Shown here: positions 1-8,700 of the stretch, one piece after another
Layout: each line of letters starts with the position of its first letter
How positions within the stretch are numbered: the first letter of the stretch is position 1
Program-made: the position numbers and the translations under genes
The notes under the pieces: model-generated
Seen by the model: only the letters and a program-made list of their open reading frames with translations
The model's database searches: none
What the model was told of the DNA's origin: nothing
Source: a virus
Lineage: Duplodnaviria; Caudoviricetes
Length of the DNA stretch: 32,595 nt
Direction: 5' to 3' (one strand)
Virus record (IMG/VR): IMGVR_UViG_3300047561_000635
Coordinates: 1 to 32,595 of that record

Positions 1-229
1 TCCAATGCTCATCGTAATCCTTCTTCCACGAAGAAGGCCGAGGCTTGGTCGGGGCGGGTGCGGGTTGCTCGTCTTGCGGTGGGGTGGCAAAGCGGCCAGC
101 ATCGTCGCGTGGAGCTTCTGCTGCGGGGGCAGCGTCCTGCTCAACGGCAGGAGCAGGCTCATGCTCCTCGACAGCCGACTCAATGGCATCGCGCAAGGTA
201 ACCTGCGGTTCATCCATTTGCTCGTCCAT
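1..229 (-). CDS. Probable capsid scaffolding protein, N-terminal part (runs off the window start)
   Basis: Not in the ORF track. Translated by hand from ATG 229-227, which overlaps the upstream stop (TAATG): MDEQMDEPQVTLRDAIESAVEEHEPAPAVEQDAAPAAEAPRDDAGRFATPPQDEQPAPAPTKPRPSSWKKDYDEHW. The acidic, Pro-rich sequence with RDxxGRF and PSSWKK..W motifs fits podophage scaffolds. It would precede the MCP if the genome is circular. Confidence 0.7.
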   Translation of the reverse strand, partial: MDEQMDEPQVTLRDAIESAVEEHEPAPAVEQDAAPAAEAPRDDAGRFATPPQDEQPAPAPTKPRPSSWKKDYDEHW

Positions 230-603
230 TATGCAGACTTGCTAGGCAACCATTGCGTGGCGGTAACTTTGAAATACTCAACGATAGCATAGGTTGTGTG
301 CGTATAGGCAGCGTTAGCGGTGCCGAGGCCGGTGCCAGGCACGGCAATCGCCTCGCCAGTTGCGCCGTAGACCTTTAGCGAGCTGCCGCTGTTGTTAACC
401 AGCCAGACCGTATCGCCAACTTCAGCAACCAGACGAACACCCTTAGTGCCGTCTGCTGCGGTCACAACGTGTGTGCTGGCCGTGACGGGCGCGGCATCAG
501 TTTGGGTAGAACCCAAAGCGACCAGACCAGCGTAACCGCCGCCCATGCCTCGTGCCTGACCAGCCGAAAATCCGGCCAACATTACTTCGCGTGCGAGTGC
601 CAT
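229..603 (-). CDS. Hypothetical virion-module protein
   Basis: ORF 229..618. Likely start is ATG 603 (MALAREV) after GGAAGGA. G/A/T-rich, beta-strand-like sequence. Confidence 0.65.
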   Translation of the reverse strand: MALAREVMLAGFSAGQARGMGGGYAGLVALGSTQTDAAPVTASTHVVTAADGTKGVRLVAEVGDTVWLVNNSGSSLKVYGATGEAIAVPGTGLGTANAAYTHTTYAIVEYFKVTATQWLPSKSA

Positions 604-628
604 TTTAAATCCTTCCAAAAGATTGTGG

Positions 629-1003
629 CTATCTTAACCGATCATTGACAATTTCCGCAATCCGTCGTTTCAAAACGGCTGCGGGCTCCTGTTTGCGTTC
701 GTTCTTCAGATACTTCGTTTCGTTTCCAACTTCAATCAAACCATTGCGCTTGAGATGCTCTCGATGCTGCGCCCTGCCGCCTACCAGCTCGCCGGTGGCC
801 ATTGATTGGTAGGGCTGTATGTCGGTCATAACCATGTGAGTCTCGGGCGCAGCGGCGTGGTACTCATTCTTGGGCACCATCTGACCATTCACAAACACCC
901 AAGAGCCACGCTTGATGCCGCCATCAAAGATGCGATCAAAGTTGGATGCAAACGCTGCATCGTTGCCTGGCCGTCTGTTGTCACCTTTTCCACCGTCTGA
1001 CAT
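629..1003 (-). CDS. Conserved phage hypothetical protein
   Basis: Likely start MSDGGKG (ATG 1003) after GAGG. Contains DIQPYQSMATGELVGGRAQHREHLKRNGLIEVGNE, a motif type seen between portal and scaffold genes. Confidence 0.65.
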   Translation of the reverse strand: MSDGGKGDNRRPGNDAAFASNFDRIFDGGIKRGSWVFVNGQMVPKNEYHAAAPETHMVMTDIQPYQSMATGELVGGRAQHREHLKRNGLIEVGNETKYLKNERKQEPAAVLKRRIAEIVNDRLR

Positions 1004-1011
1004 GGTTTGCC

Positions 1012-1305
1012 TCACATCAACAACAACAAAGATTCTTCATCGTCTTGCTCGGCCTCAAAGTCGGCCTGAGCTTTGCGAGCCTGCACCAAGTCAGGCAACC
1101 GATCCATCGGCGGCAACATGACCTCACGCATCTGCGCGGCCATCTCAGCGGCTGGCAACTCGGTGACAAGTTCCTCAACATCTTCATGCCTTTGTTTGCG
1201 CTTCTTCTTGCCTAGCCCGCCTTTGCTGCCCCAAAACGGTGTTGGAGTAACAACAATCGGCAGGCCCGAGATGGGCAGCGCCGAGATGGGCGCAAAGCCA
1301 AGCAT
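1012..1305 (-). CDS. Hypothetical protein
   Basis: 97 aa, abuts both neighbours. Starts MLGFAPISALPIS and ends in acidic DDEESLLLLM. Confidence 0.6.
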   Translation of the reverse strand: MLGFAPISALPISGLPIVVTPTPFWGSKGGLGKKKRKQRHEDVEELVTELPAAEMAAQMREVMLPPMDRLPDLVQARKAQADFEAEQDDEESLLLLM

Positions 1306-1941
1306 TTACCAACTCACAGTTTCAACTTCTTCCACCGTGGTGGCAGCGTCAATCTGCGCCACCAGCCCTGATTCCTTCTCATACAGCGGGATCACTTGGG
1401 CTGCAATCTCAAGCGCGATCTGCTCCAACTGCGCCAGCGTGTACGTTGACCACACACCCGCCGCGTCTTTGTATCCACACTCGGCTGGCTGTCCTGCTGC
1501 TGCCGCCAACTGCGTGATTTGGATGCAAATGCTCAGTTTGTTGTTGTCCGACTCGGTGCTGCCAAACACGCCCAACGTGGTCGTCTTGTCGGCGTACATC
1601 TCGACGTTGCGAGCAGAGGCAATCTCAGCCTTCTTCTTAACCTTGGCTTTGTCCAGATCGCTCAAGATAACATCTGGCGTAACCGTGCCGCCGAACAACT
1701 TGCAAGTGGCGTCAGCGACAAGCAGGGTTTCTGCCGTGGCGACTAAGCCCGTAGTAATGGGCGTGTGAATCTGCCACGAAAACCGATCAACGGAGCGATC
1801 CTTATCCGTGGAGCGGTCTGCGCTGATGTAGGACGACACCGTGGCGAACAGATTGTCCTGCGCGTCCACAATGACCGAGTTAATGCGGTGGTATTCGTAG
1901 ACGATACCAGCGGCGTTGGTGAGTTGTTTTGTGATAGCCAT
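1306..1941 (-). CDS. Tail-fibre assembly/chaperone-like protein (DUF4376-like C-terminus)
   Basis: Follows the fibre-like gene. The LDKAKVKKKAEIASARN segment and the IDAATTVEEVETVSW ending are typical of this chaperone class. Confidence 0.6.
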   Translation of the reverse strand: MAITKQLTNAAGIVYEYHRINSVIVDAQDNLFATVSSYISADRSTDKDRSVDRFSWQIHTPITTGLVATAETLLVADATCKLFGGTVTPDVILSDLDKAKVKKKAEIASARNVEMYADKTTTLGVFGSTESDNNKLSICIQITQLAAAAGQPAECGYKDAAGVWSTYTLAQLEQIALEIAAQVIPLYEKESGLVAQIDAATTVEEVETVSW

Positions 1942-1943
1942 GA

Positions 1944-3140
1944 TTATGCGGTGGTTGAATCTGTAATAAGACCAAGGGCTGCAAGTTTAGAAAGCAAACT
2001 TACCAAAGCAGCACCTGTGGCGCGGGAACCTGTGACTACGGGTTTGGCTACAGGGGTTGCGCTAAAAAACCCCATTTGTGAATTATTAGAAACATCTTGC
2101 AAAATTGTTAAACAATCAATATGCGAATCCGTTCCAATATAAACTCCGCCATCTGTTGCGCCGCCACCAGAATTAATAAAAATGTCGCCCCCAGTTCCAA
2201 GCAAACAAGTTCCAGCAACAAGAGAAAAACTACCGCCAAAACCCGCGCCAACAACACCCCCAGCGGACATTTGAAAACTACCACCATCAAACGTACCCTT
2301 TCCATTACCAGCAGCCGCAATAAAATTTCCCCCGTTGCTGTTGGCTCCTGTTCCATTTCCGCAAGTAAAACTCATATCCCCCGCGCTGACTGTTCCATTC
2401 CCTGTGGAAAATGAAATAGGGCCAGCAGCATTCGTAGATGCCGCTGTAGAAACACTTAAACTACCAGATGAGCCAGTTCCTAATCCGGCTCCTGTACTAA
2501 CAAAAATGCTGCCGCCAGCACCGTTGGTTGCGCTGGCATTTTTAGTGCGTATGCTGATTGATGTGGACGTTTGTGACCCTGTTGGAGCAACAGGCTCAAT
2601 GATTACGCTGGTACTGGCGGGTGCAATGTTGAACGTAGACGTTGAAGTATCGTAAGAAAACCCTGCCGTAGCCCCAAACACCCCAGCGTTGTTGTACTGA
2701 ATCTGGGTGGTGGAGCCAGCAGGGGCTGTCGCTGGCGGGGCGGCGAAGGTGCCGTCTGCTCGCAGGAAGTTGGCTGTGCCGCCGCCTGACGCTGGGACAA
2801 CGCCTTGGTTGGCTGAAGTGAAGGTGTCAAGATACTTGGCTGGTGCGGTGCAGAAAACGTCTTGCGTGCCGCCGCTGAAGTTGGTCAGCGAACCGCCGTT
2901 GCTTGAAGACAAAACGGTCGTGCGGGCAAGCGTGTTGGCCGAGCCGTTGTAACTTCCTGTGCCAACCTCCCAATTGGGGCCGGTCTGGTCTGCAATGCAA
3001 TACGCAACCGTCTGCGTGCCGGTGCCAAAGGCCGTCAAGAAAGACTGATAGCCGGTGCCGGTTGTGGCCAGCGTCAGCGTGACGGTGCCGGTGCCGGTAA
3101 TGCCCAGGCTTTGCTTGACTCGGTCAGCGTACAAAGCCAT
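1944..3140 (-). CDS. Fibre/spike-like structural protein
   Basis: 398 aa. N-terminus ADRVKQS..TGTGTVTL..WEVGTG..TLARTTVLSSSNGG..VFCTAPA, followed by PAGSTTQIQYNNAGVFG and G/S/T-rich repeats. Confidence 0.65.
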   Translation of the reverse strand: MALYADRVKQSLGITGTGTVTLTLATTGTGYQSFLTAFGTGTQTVAYCIADQTGPNWEVGTGSYNGSANTLARTTVLSSSNGGSLTNFSGGTQDVFCTAPAKYLDTFTSANQGVVPASGGGTANFLRADGTFAAPPATAPAGSTTQIQYNNAGVFGATAGFSYDTSTSTFNIAPASTSVIIEPVAPTGSQTSTSISIRTKNASATNGAGGSIFVSTGAGLGTGSSGSLSVSTAASTNAAGPISFSTGNGTVSAGDMSFTCGNGTGANSNGGNFIAAAGNGKGTFDGGSFQMSAGGVVGAGFGGSFSLVAGTCLLGTGGDIFINSGGGATDGGVYIGTDSHIDCLTILQDVSNNSQMGFFSATPVAKPVVTGSRATGAALVSLLSKLAALGLITDSTTA

Positions 3141-5341
3141 CAGTTCAGCCCGGTGATCTTGCCGTCAATTGAGCGCATGACCGTGCGGGGTCTGGCAAGG
3201 CGCTCTAGAGCCGCTTGGAAGCCTTCCATTGCCACAGCCATCGTTTGCTGTAGGTCGGTGGCTCCCGTTGTCCTAATAGCCTCTTGCTGGATCATCTGAT
3301 CTGCTTGGATGGCGTCGGCCTGAGACTTCTGCGCGGCAGCAATCTGGGCCACGATGACCTTGGTTTCGGCTTCAAGCTGGGCAATGCGCCACTTGAGATC
3401 AGCGTCGGCCTCCATCTTGGCCTGCTCAATCATCTGGGTGGTTTGCGAGTCTACGGCCTTGAGTTGCGTCTCATGATTCATGCGGGCCATCTCAAGCTGC
3501 GCCTGATGCTGCTGGTCGGCTTGCTTGAACTGGGCCTCGGCTTGCAGTTTCATTTGATCGGACTGCGCTTGAGCCTGCATTTTGGTCTGATCCATCTGCA
3601 TCTGGTGCTGCATCTTCATCTGCTCAGGATCAGGAGGTGGCGGCTGTTCAGGTTGCTGCTGCTGTTGCTCCAGTTGCTCCTTGAACTGCTGGGCAGTCTG
3701 GTCAATCTGGCCTTCCATGCTCTTGCCAATCTTGAACGCACCGACGCCGAACTTGAGCATATCAAGCGACAGCGGGACGATCTGAGGCGCAACCTGGCTA
3801 GCCTGCACAGCCTTCTCAAGGAAACTCGAGACTGCGCCCAAGAACTCCATGCGATCCTGCTTTTCTTGGCTCTCGTCCATCATGATGAGCGAGTCAGTGC
3901 TGATCTCAATTCTGAACGAGCGCATAGGCTCGTTGCGCAGCAGCTCCAGCGCCTGCGGCACCAGTTGCTGGTCAACCGGACTGAGCTGGTCGGCAGCAGA
4001 CATCATCAGAATGGTCTGAGGATCAAACAGTTGGCAGATGATCTGGGCCTTGAGCTGGATCATGTGCGTAGCGAACCGCGCTACATCGTCCTGATAACTT
4101 TTAAGCCGCAGCGAGGCGTATTGGCCTTTGATCTGCTGGGCGGTCGCTGTCTCGCTGGCCACAGACTGACCACGCACAATGTCGCTGATGCCGGTGACGT
4201 CGTAGATTTGCGATTTGACTTGCTCAAACGCTTGGTAAGCCTGCATCAAAGCGCCAGCAATTGGCGTCAAATCAACCATGTCAATTGATCCGGCCAGACC
4301 GCGCTTTTCCGAGAACGACATCCAGTTCTTGATCGGAATCAGGTCGTTGTTGTTGGCCTCGGTAAACAGACGGGCCAGCTCAGGGGAGGCAGCGTCGTAG
4401 ACGCCTTTGACCTGCAATGCCTTGACCAGACCATCAATGCGGTCGCTCAAGATGTCAAGCGAGTTCGCTTGATCTTGATACAACGCAAAATCAGGAACGG
4501 GCACTAGGCTTTCGTTGGTGATCGTGCTGAAAAGCGGCTTCGGGCAGGGATAGAACCCTTCCAGCTTCAGCGGGTCGTCCTGCTCGTCCAAGAACTCATT
4601 GAACGACTTGGACATCCACACGGCCTTGCCGGTTTCTTTGTCCCACAGCTCAATGATCATCGCCCGCTTGTCCACGCCTTCGCGGGAGGCGTTCTTCATC
4701 TCGCTAGGCTCGGAGTCCAGCGGAATCTTCTTGGCTATCTCGTCGCCAAAGCGCTCGCGCAACATGGGGCGGGTCATGTAGACCTTGCGCCAGACAATGC
4801 AAGTCTCTTCCCACGTCCTAGCCACGTTGTGGCCAAAGTCGCGCCAATGGACGTAGTCGCAGGGGGCGCACTCGTAGTCCAGCATCTCGTCGGTACGCGA
4901 CTCTTCATCTTCGGTGATCTGTACCTCGCCCTTTTTGAATCTGGGCTCGTACCGCACCCATGCCACGCCACGCCCAGGCAAGAAGCGGTCGTACAGCGCA
5001 GAGGTCAACGTCTCGCGGTAGTCGGGGTAGTGCGTGATCTCGTAGTCAAGCGCACGCTCAAGCAGCATGGAGGCCACACGGCCAACTTGATCGTTGTCGC
5101 GGAAGCGTCGGCTAACGTCAGGCTTTGGCAGGCGAGCAAACGTCGCGGCCTTGAGCGTCTGGACGTTTGACCAGAGGATGTTGAACCGCGAGCCGCTGTC
5201 TTGGCTGTTGCGGGTGTCGTCCCGATACCGCTTGAGAATCTTCTTGGCTCGCGTCTCCCATGAAGCAAACTCGCGGTCATACGCTGCAATGTGGTTCAGA
5301 TAATACTGAACCTCGGGCTTGACGGTATCTTCCTCGGCCAT
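3140..5341 (-). CDS. Portal protein
   Basis: 733 aa, close downstream of TerL. Has FNILWSN, IYDVTGISDIVRG..SETATAQQIK portal-type motifs and a long Q/M/A-rich coiled-coil C-terminus. Confidence 0.85.
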   Translation of the reverse strand: MAEEDTVKPEVQYYLNHIAAYDREFASWETRAKKILKRYRDDTRNSQDSGSRFNILWSNVQTLKAATFARLPKPDVSRRFRDNDQVGRVASMLLERALDYEITHYPDYRETLTSALYDRFLPGRGVAWVRYEPRFKKGEVQITEDEESRTDEMLDYECAPCDYVHWRDFGHNVARTWEETCIVWRKVYMTRPMLRERFGDEIAKKIPLDSEPSEMKNASREGVDKRAMIIELWDKETGKAVWMSKSFNEFLDEQDDPLKLEGFYPCPKPLFSTITNESLVPVPDFALYQDQANSLDILSDRIDGLVKALQVKGVYDAASPELARLFTEANNNDLIPIKNWMSFSEKRGLAGSIDMVDLTPIAGALMQAYQAFEQVKSQIYDVTGISDIVRGQSVASETATAQQIKGQYASLRLKSYQDDVARFATHMIQLKAQIICQLFDPQTILMMSAADQLSPVDQQLVPQALELLRNEPMRSFRIEISTDSLIMMDESQEKQDRMEFLGAVSSFLEKAVQASQVAPQIVPLSLDMLKFGVGAFKIGKSMEGQIDQTAQQFKEQLEQQQQQPEQPPPPDPEQMKMQHQMQMDQTKMQAQAQSDQMKLQAEAQFKQADQQHQAQLEMARMNHETQLKAVDSQTTQMIEQAKMEADADLKWRIAQLEAETKVIVAQIAAAQKSQADAIQADQMIQQEAIRTTGATDLQQTMAVAMEGFQAALERLARPRTVMRSIDGKITGLN

Positions 5342-5343
5342 GA

Positions 5344-5667
5344 TCAGGCTGAGAAGATGCCGACAGCCATGACCTCAACGCCTGCGCCAGTCGTGATCTT
5401 CCACGCGCCGTTTGCGCTGATTGCGTTCAGCTCAATGACGTAGCACCCAATGCCGCTGCCCACGTTATTGGGTAGTACGGTGTGCGTCAGGATGCCAGTT
5501 CCGGTGCCGTCAACAACGACAACTGAGCTGGTGGCGGCAGTCGTGACCGTGCAAATCAAACGATGAATGTAATCGCCAACTGCGCCTGTGCCGCCCAGCA
5601 CTTGGGCAGTTGCGCTTGCTGCGACGTGTTCGTATTGAAATCGGTACGGTGCGTTTACGCCTGCCAT
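5344..5667 (-). CDS. Small hypothetical (probably structural) protein
   Basis: 107 aa, strong RBS (TAGGAG), between TerL and portal, beta-rich. Confidence 0.7.
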   Translation of the reverse strand: MAGVNAPYRFQYEHVAASATAQVLGGTGAVGDYIHRLICTVTTAATSSVVVVDGTGTGILTHTVLPNNVGSGIGCYVIELNAISANGAWKITTGAGVEVMAVGIFSA

Positions 5668-5676
5668 GTGTTGCTC

Positions 5677-7028
5677 CTAAATTCGGTTAGTTCGCTTTGG
5701 ATTCTCGCGCCACAGAGTTTCAAGTGGGGCAAGCTCAATGCGCGAATTATGCCCCGTTACAGCAAAAACCGGAGGTTTTTCGGGTTCTTTTGGCTTAATT
5801 TCCTGCCAAGCGATGGCCATCATGCGAAACGCATCAGCGCAATGGCTGGTGAAATCGTGCCGTGGCCGCTCGCGGAACATCTTCTTCTCGTCGTCCCATT
5901 CGCGCTGATACTGCTTGAGCAGCTCCACGCCCTCGCCACAGCGTTCGCGGTCAAACCACACGCGCCGCATCATGACCCGCGCTGCCTGGATGCCGTCTTG
6001 CACGCTGAGAGACGGCACGATGGCCATGTGCTTAAGGCCAAGGCTGGCGTCCAGTTGCTCAATGATGGACTTGCCGCCTGATGCCAGCGTCTTGGCCCGA
6101 GCGTCATGCGGCAGATAGTGTGTCGCGTACCGATACGCCTTGCCAATCACCACGTTGGCATAGTCGTCAATGGTCAGGCCCGAGGCCGAGTAGTAGTCAA
6201 TGATCCGCAGCTCGGAACCGGACATCTGCCAGAACCAGATAGCTGTATCGTCGTGGAACCCGAGATCCCAGGCAGTAAACACGGGCAAGTTGCGGTCGTG
6301 ATCCACGACGGTGATGCGGCCTTCGTCCTCGATGGCCCGCAACTCGCGCCCAAAGTACGCACCCAAGATCGCGGCTTCAAAACTGCACTCAAACTCCTGC
6401 TCGTATTGATCCTCGGTCATGCCCCGGCTTGCGTCGGCCAGCTCGTCTGGCTTGATCAGGCCAGACTGACTTGCTTTGATGCTGGTGGAGTACCAATCGG
6501 GCGAGCCTTGAGCCTGCGTCCAGATGCTATGAAAGAAGTTGTGCCCCTTTGGCGTGCCGATAAACACGGCCCAGCCCTCTCTGTCTGCCAACAGCGGTCG
6601 GATGATCTCGCCCCAGACCCTCGGTCTCATATCGGCCACTTCGTCAAGTACGACACCATCCAAATACAACCCCCGCAGGGCGTCGGGGTTGTCTGCCCCA
6701 AAGAGCCTGATGCGCGCCCCGTTGAGCAGCTCAACCCAAAGCTCTGACGCATTGGCCTGAGTGCGCACGTCGGCGGTGTAGCGCAACAGGTAGTCCCATG
6801 AGATGGACTTAGCTTGGCTGTAAAACGGCGCAATGTAGGCGTAGCGTCCGTCTGGCTTGCCGTCCATGAAGGAGCGACGGATGAGGTCGTTGATGCACGC
6901 TACGGTCTTGCCAGCACCCTTCGGCGGTGGGCGACTAAACACGCCCACCGCGCACTCCTATCGTGAAACGCCGCAAACGCCCTGCGAGGCGAATAGGCGA
7001 TTGTTATTCGTCGCTCGGTCGCTGCCAT
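5677..7028 (-). CDS. terL: Terminase large subunit, reading frame interrupted at 6916-6920
   Basis: The main frame (5677..6915) has AGKTV, LRGLYLDGVVLDEVAD (Walker B), FIGTPKG, AWDLG and HCADAFR (RNase H-like nuclease). The natural N-terminus MAATERRITIAYSPRRAFAAFHDRSARWACLVAHRR is in another frame (ATG 7028 to 6921), separated by AGGGT. Confidence 0.9.
6924..6951 (-). other. Perfect 10-bp hairpin just 5' of the TerL frame break
   Basis: mRNA sense GCGGUGGGCG-UGUUUAGU-CGCCCACCGC; the arms are exact reverse complements. Confidence 0.75.
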
Positions 7029-7438
7029 TCGATCACGGTCTTGATTGCAGCGCCATCAACGCCGCTGTGTTCGTGCTTCTGTGTTTCGGCCCAACGCATC
7101 TGAGTCTTTGACCACCAGATCATTGCTGCCGTGTCACCGCCCATTGCCTTTTGAAACAAGGTCTTGCCAATCTGCCCGTTTGCCTTGCCTTTGCCCGTCA
7201 CCAACTCAGCACCAAAGTGAGCGCGAAGAGTGTCAACGTGGATGCCATTTCGCACCAGCACCGCAATCTGGTCAATGGGCAGACCGTAGCCTGAGAGCGC
7301 CTCGACCTGTTTGCGCTCGGCATCGGTTGGCTCAAACTCAGGTCTGCCGGCGCCTTCACGAGCGCCGCCATTAGATTTGCGTGCGTCCTGTTTTTTTACA
7401 ACAGGTTTTTCAATCTTGGTTTGTTTCTTGCTTTCCAT
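7004..7438 (-). CDS. terS: Terminase small subunit
   Basis: Directly upstream of TerL. GGAREGAGRP motif, HTH-like segment, GKGKANGQIGKTLFQKAMGGDTAAMIWWSKTQMRW and HEHSGVDGAAI tail are typical of TerS. Confidence 0.8.
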   Translation of the reverse strand: MESKKQTKIEKPVVKKQDARKSNGGAREGAGRPEFEPTDAERKQVEALSGYGLPIDQIAVLVRNGIHVDTLRAHFGAELVTGKGKANGQIGKTLFQKAMGGDTAAMIWWSKTQMRWAETQKHEHSGVDGAAIKTVIEWQRPSDE

Positions 7439-8663
7439 CTTTTACCTTTGCAAAAAGCATACCAGTTTCTGCATGTGTTGCAATTTTACCTGTGAAGTCC
7501 TGCCAGCGTTTGATGATGACGTCACAGTACTTGGGGTCGAGTTCCATCAGGCGTGCAATGCGACCATTTTTCTCTGCCGCAATCATTGTGGTGCCTGATC
7601 CACCAAAAGAATCCAGCACGATATCGCCGCCCTTAGTGTTGTTGAGCAGTTGATACTCAAACAACGCCACCGGCTTCATCGTCGGATGCTCACCATTGCG
7701 AGATGGCTTATCAAACTCAAGAATCGTAGTCTGCTTTCGATCCGTAGCCCAGAGGTGGCCCGCACCCTCTTTCCAACCGTAAAGGCACGGCTCATGTTTC
7801 CAATGGTAATCTTGCCGCCCCATCACAAGGCTGGACTTCTTCCAAATCAAGCATTGCCGCACTTTCCATCCCGCATCTTGCGCCGCGCCTCGAAAGTTGT
7901 AGCCTTCTGAATCGGCGTGCCAGATGTAGAACACGGCCCCCGGCTTCATCACCGCATCGGCGGCAACGTAGGCGTCCCGCAAGAACTGGCGAAATTGATC
8001 ATCGCCCATTGAGTCGTTTTGGATGGTGAGCTTTTCTTTGGTTCCCCCTTCATACGCCACGTTGTACGGTGGATCGGTCAACCACACGTCAACCTTGGCC
8101 TCACACAGCCTTTCAAGCGCCTCGATGCTAATGCTGTCCCCACACATCAGCCGATGCTTGCCCAGCACCCAAACGTCGCCCAGCACCGTCACCGGCTGCA
8201 CTGGCACCTCGGGCACCGCATCCTCATCCGTCAAACCATCGGTCAACTCCACCGGCATAAGTGCTGCGATCTCTTCGGCGCTGAAGCCCGTCAGGTCAAG
8301 ATCAAAGTCCAGGCCTTGCAACTCGCCCAGCTCCAACGCCAGCATCTCGTTGTCCCACCCAGCGTTCAATGCAAGTTTATTATCCGCCAGAATATAAGCC
8401 CGCTTTTTTGTATCGCTCCATCCTTCGGCAACCATAACCGGCACTTCTTTTATATTAAGTTGCCGAGCCGCCATTGTCCTACCGTGGCCTGCAATAATAT
8501 TACCCGTCTCATCCACCAATATAGGTGTCGTCCACCCCCACTCTTTAATACTGGCTGCAATTTGCGCCACCTGATCGCTGCTGTGCGTTCGCGCATTGCG
8601 TGCGTAAGGCACCAGCCGTTCGATGGCCCATTGCTCAATTTTTTCTGCTGGGTTCTTGCTCAT
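7410..8663 (-). CDS. ParB-like N-terminal domain fused to an amino-DNA methyltransferase (beta class, probably N6-adenine)
   Basis: PYARNARTH..IAGHGR..ADNKL (ParB/Srx domain), then TDPPYNV (motif IV), HPTMKP and VLDSFGGSGTT (motif I). Confidence 0.9.
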   Translation of the reverse strand: MSKNPAEKIEQWAIERLVPYARNARTHSSDQVAQIAASIKEWGWTTPILVDETGNIIAGHGRTMAARQLNIKEVPVMVAEGWSDTKKRAYILADNKLALNAGWDNEMLALELGELQGLDFDLDLTGFSAEEIAALMPVELTDGLTDEDAVPEVPVQPVTVLGDVWVLGKHRLMCGDSISIEALERLCEAKVDVWLTDPPYNVAYEGGTKEKLTIQNDSMGDDQFRQFLRDAYVAADAVMKPGAVFYIWHADSEGYNFRGAAQDAGWKVRQCLIWKKSSLVMGRQDYHWKHEPCLYGWKEGAGHLWATDRKQTTILEFDKPSRNGEHPTMKPVALFEYQLLNNTKGGDIVLDSFGGSGTTMIAAEKNGRIARLMELDPKYCDVIIKRWQDFTGKIATHAETGMLFAKVKDGKQETNQD

Positions 8664-8700
8664 CCTTGCCTTTCAGTTTGTTAGTGTCCACTTACTTGTT

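Noticed and set aside
3284-4288. 334-aa plus-strand ORF
   Set aside because: Antisense shadow of the portal's Q/M/E-rich region (its L/H-rich composition mirrors CAG/ATG codons); no RBS or motif.
6916-6920. Intein or group I/II intron at the TerL break
   Set aside because: Only 5 extra nt are present, leaving no room for a ribozyme core or intein. A remnant or collapsed assembly cannot be excluded.
7410-8663. ParB domain as a sign of plasmid-prophage partitioning
   Set aside because: It is fused to an MTase next to terS, a common phage arrangement, and there is no ParA.
6106-8684. Long plus-strand ORFs (6106..6747, 8019..8684) and similar ones at 1073, 29571 and 30280
   Set aside because: Each lies opposite a well-supported minus-strand gene in GC-rich DNA and has no recognisable motif.
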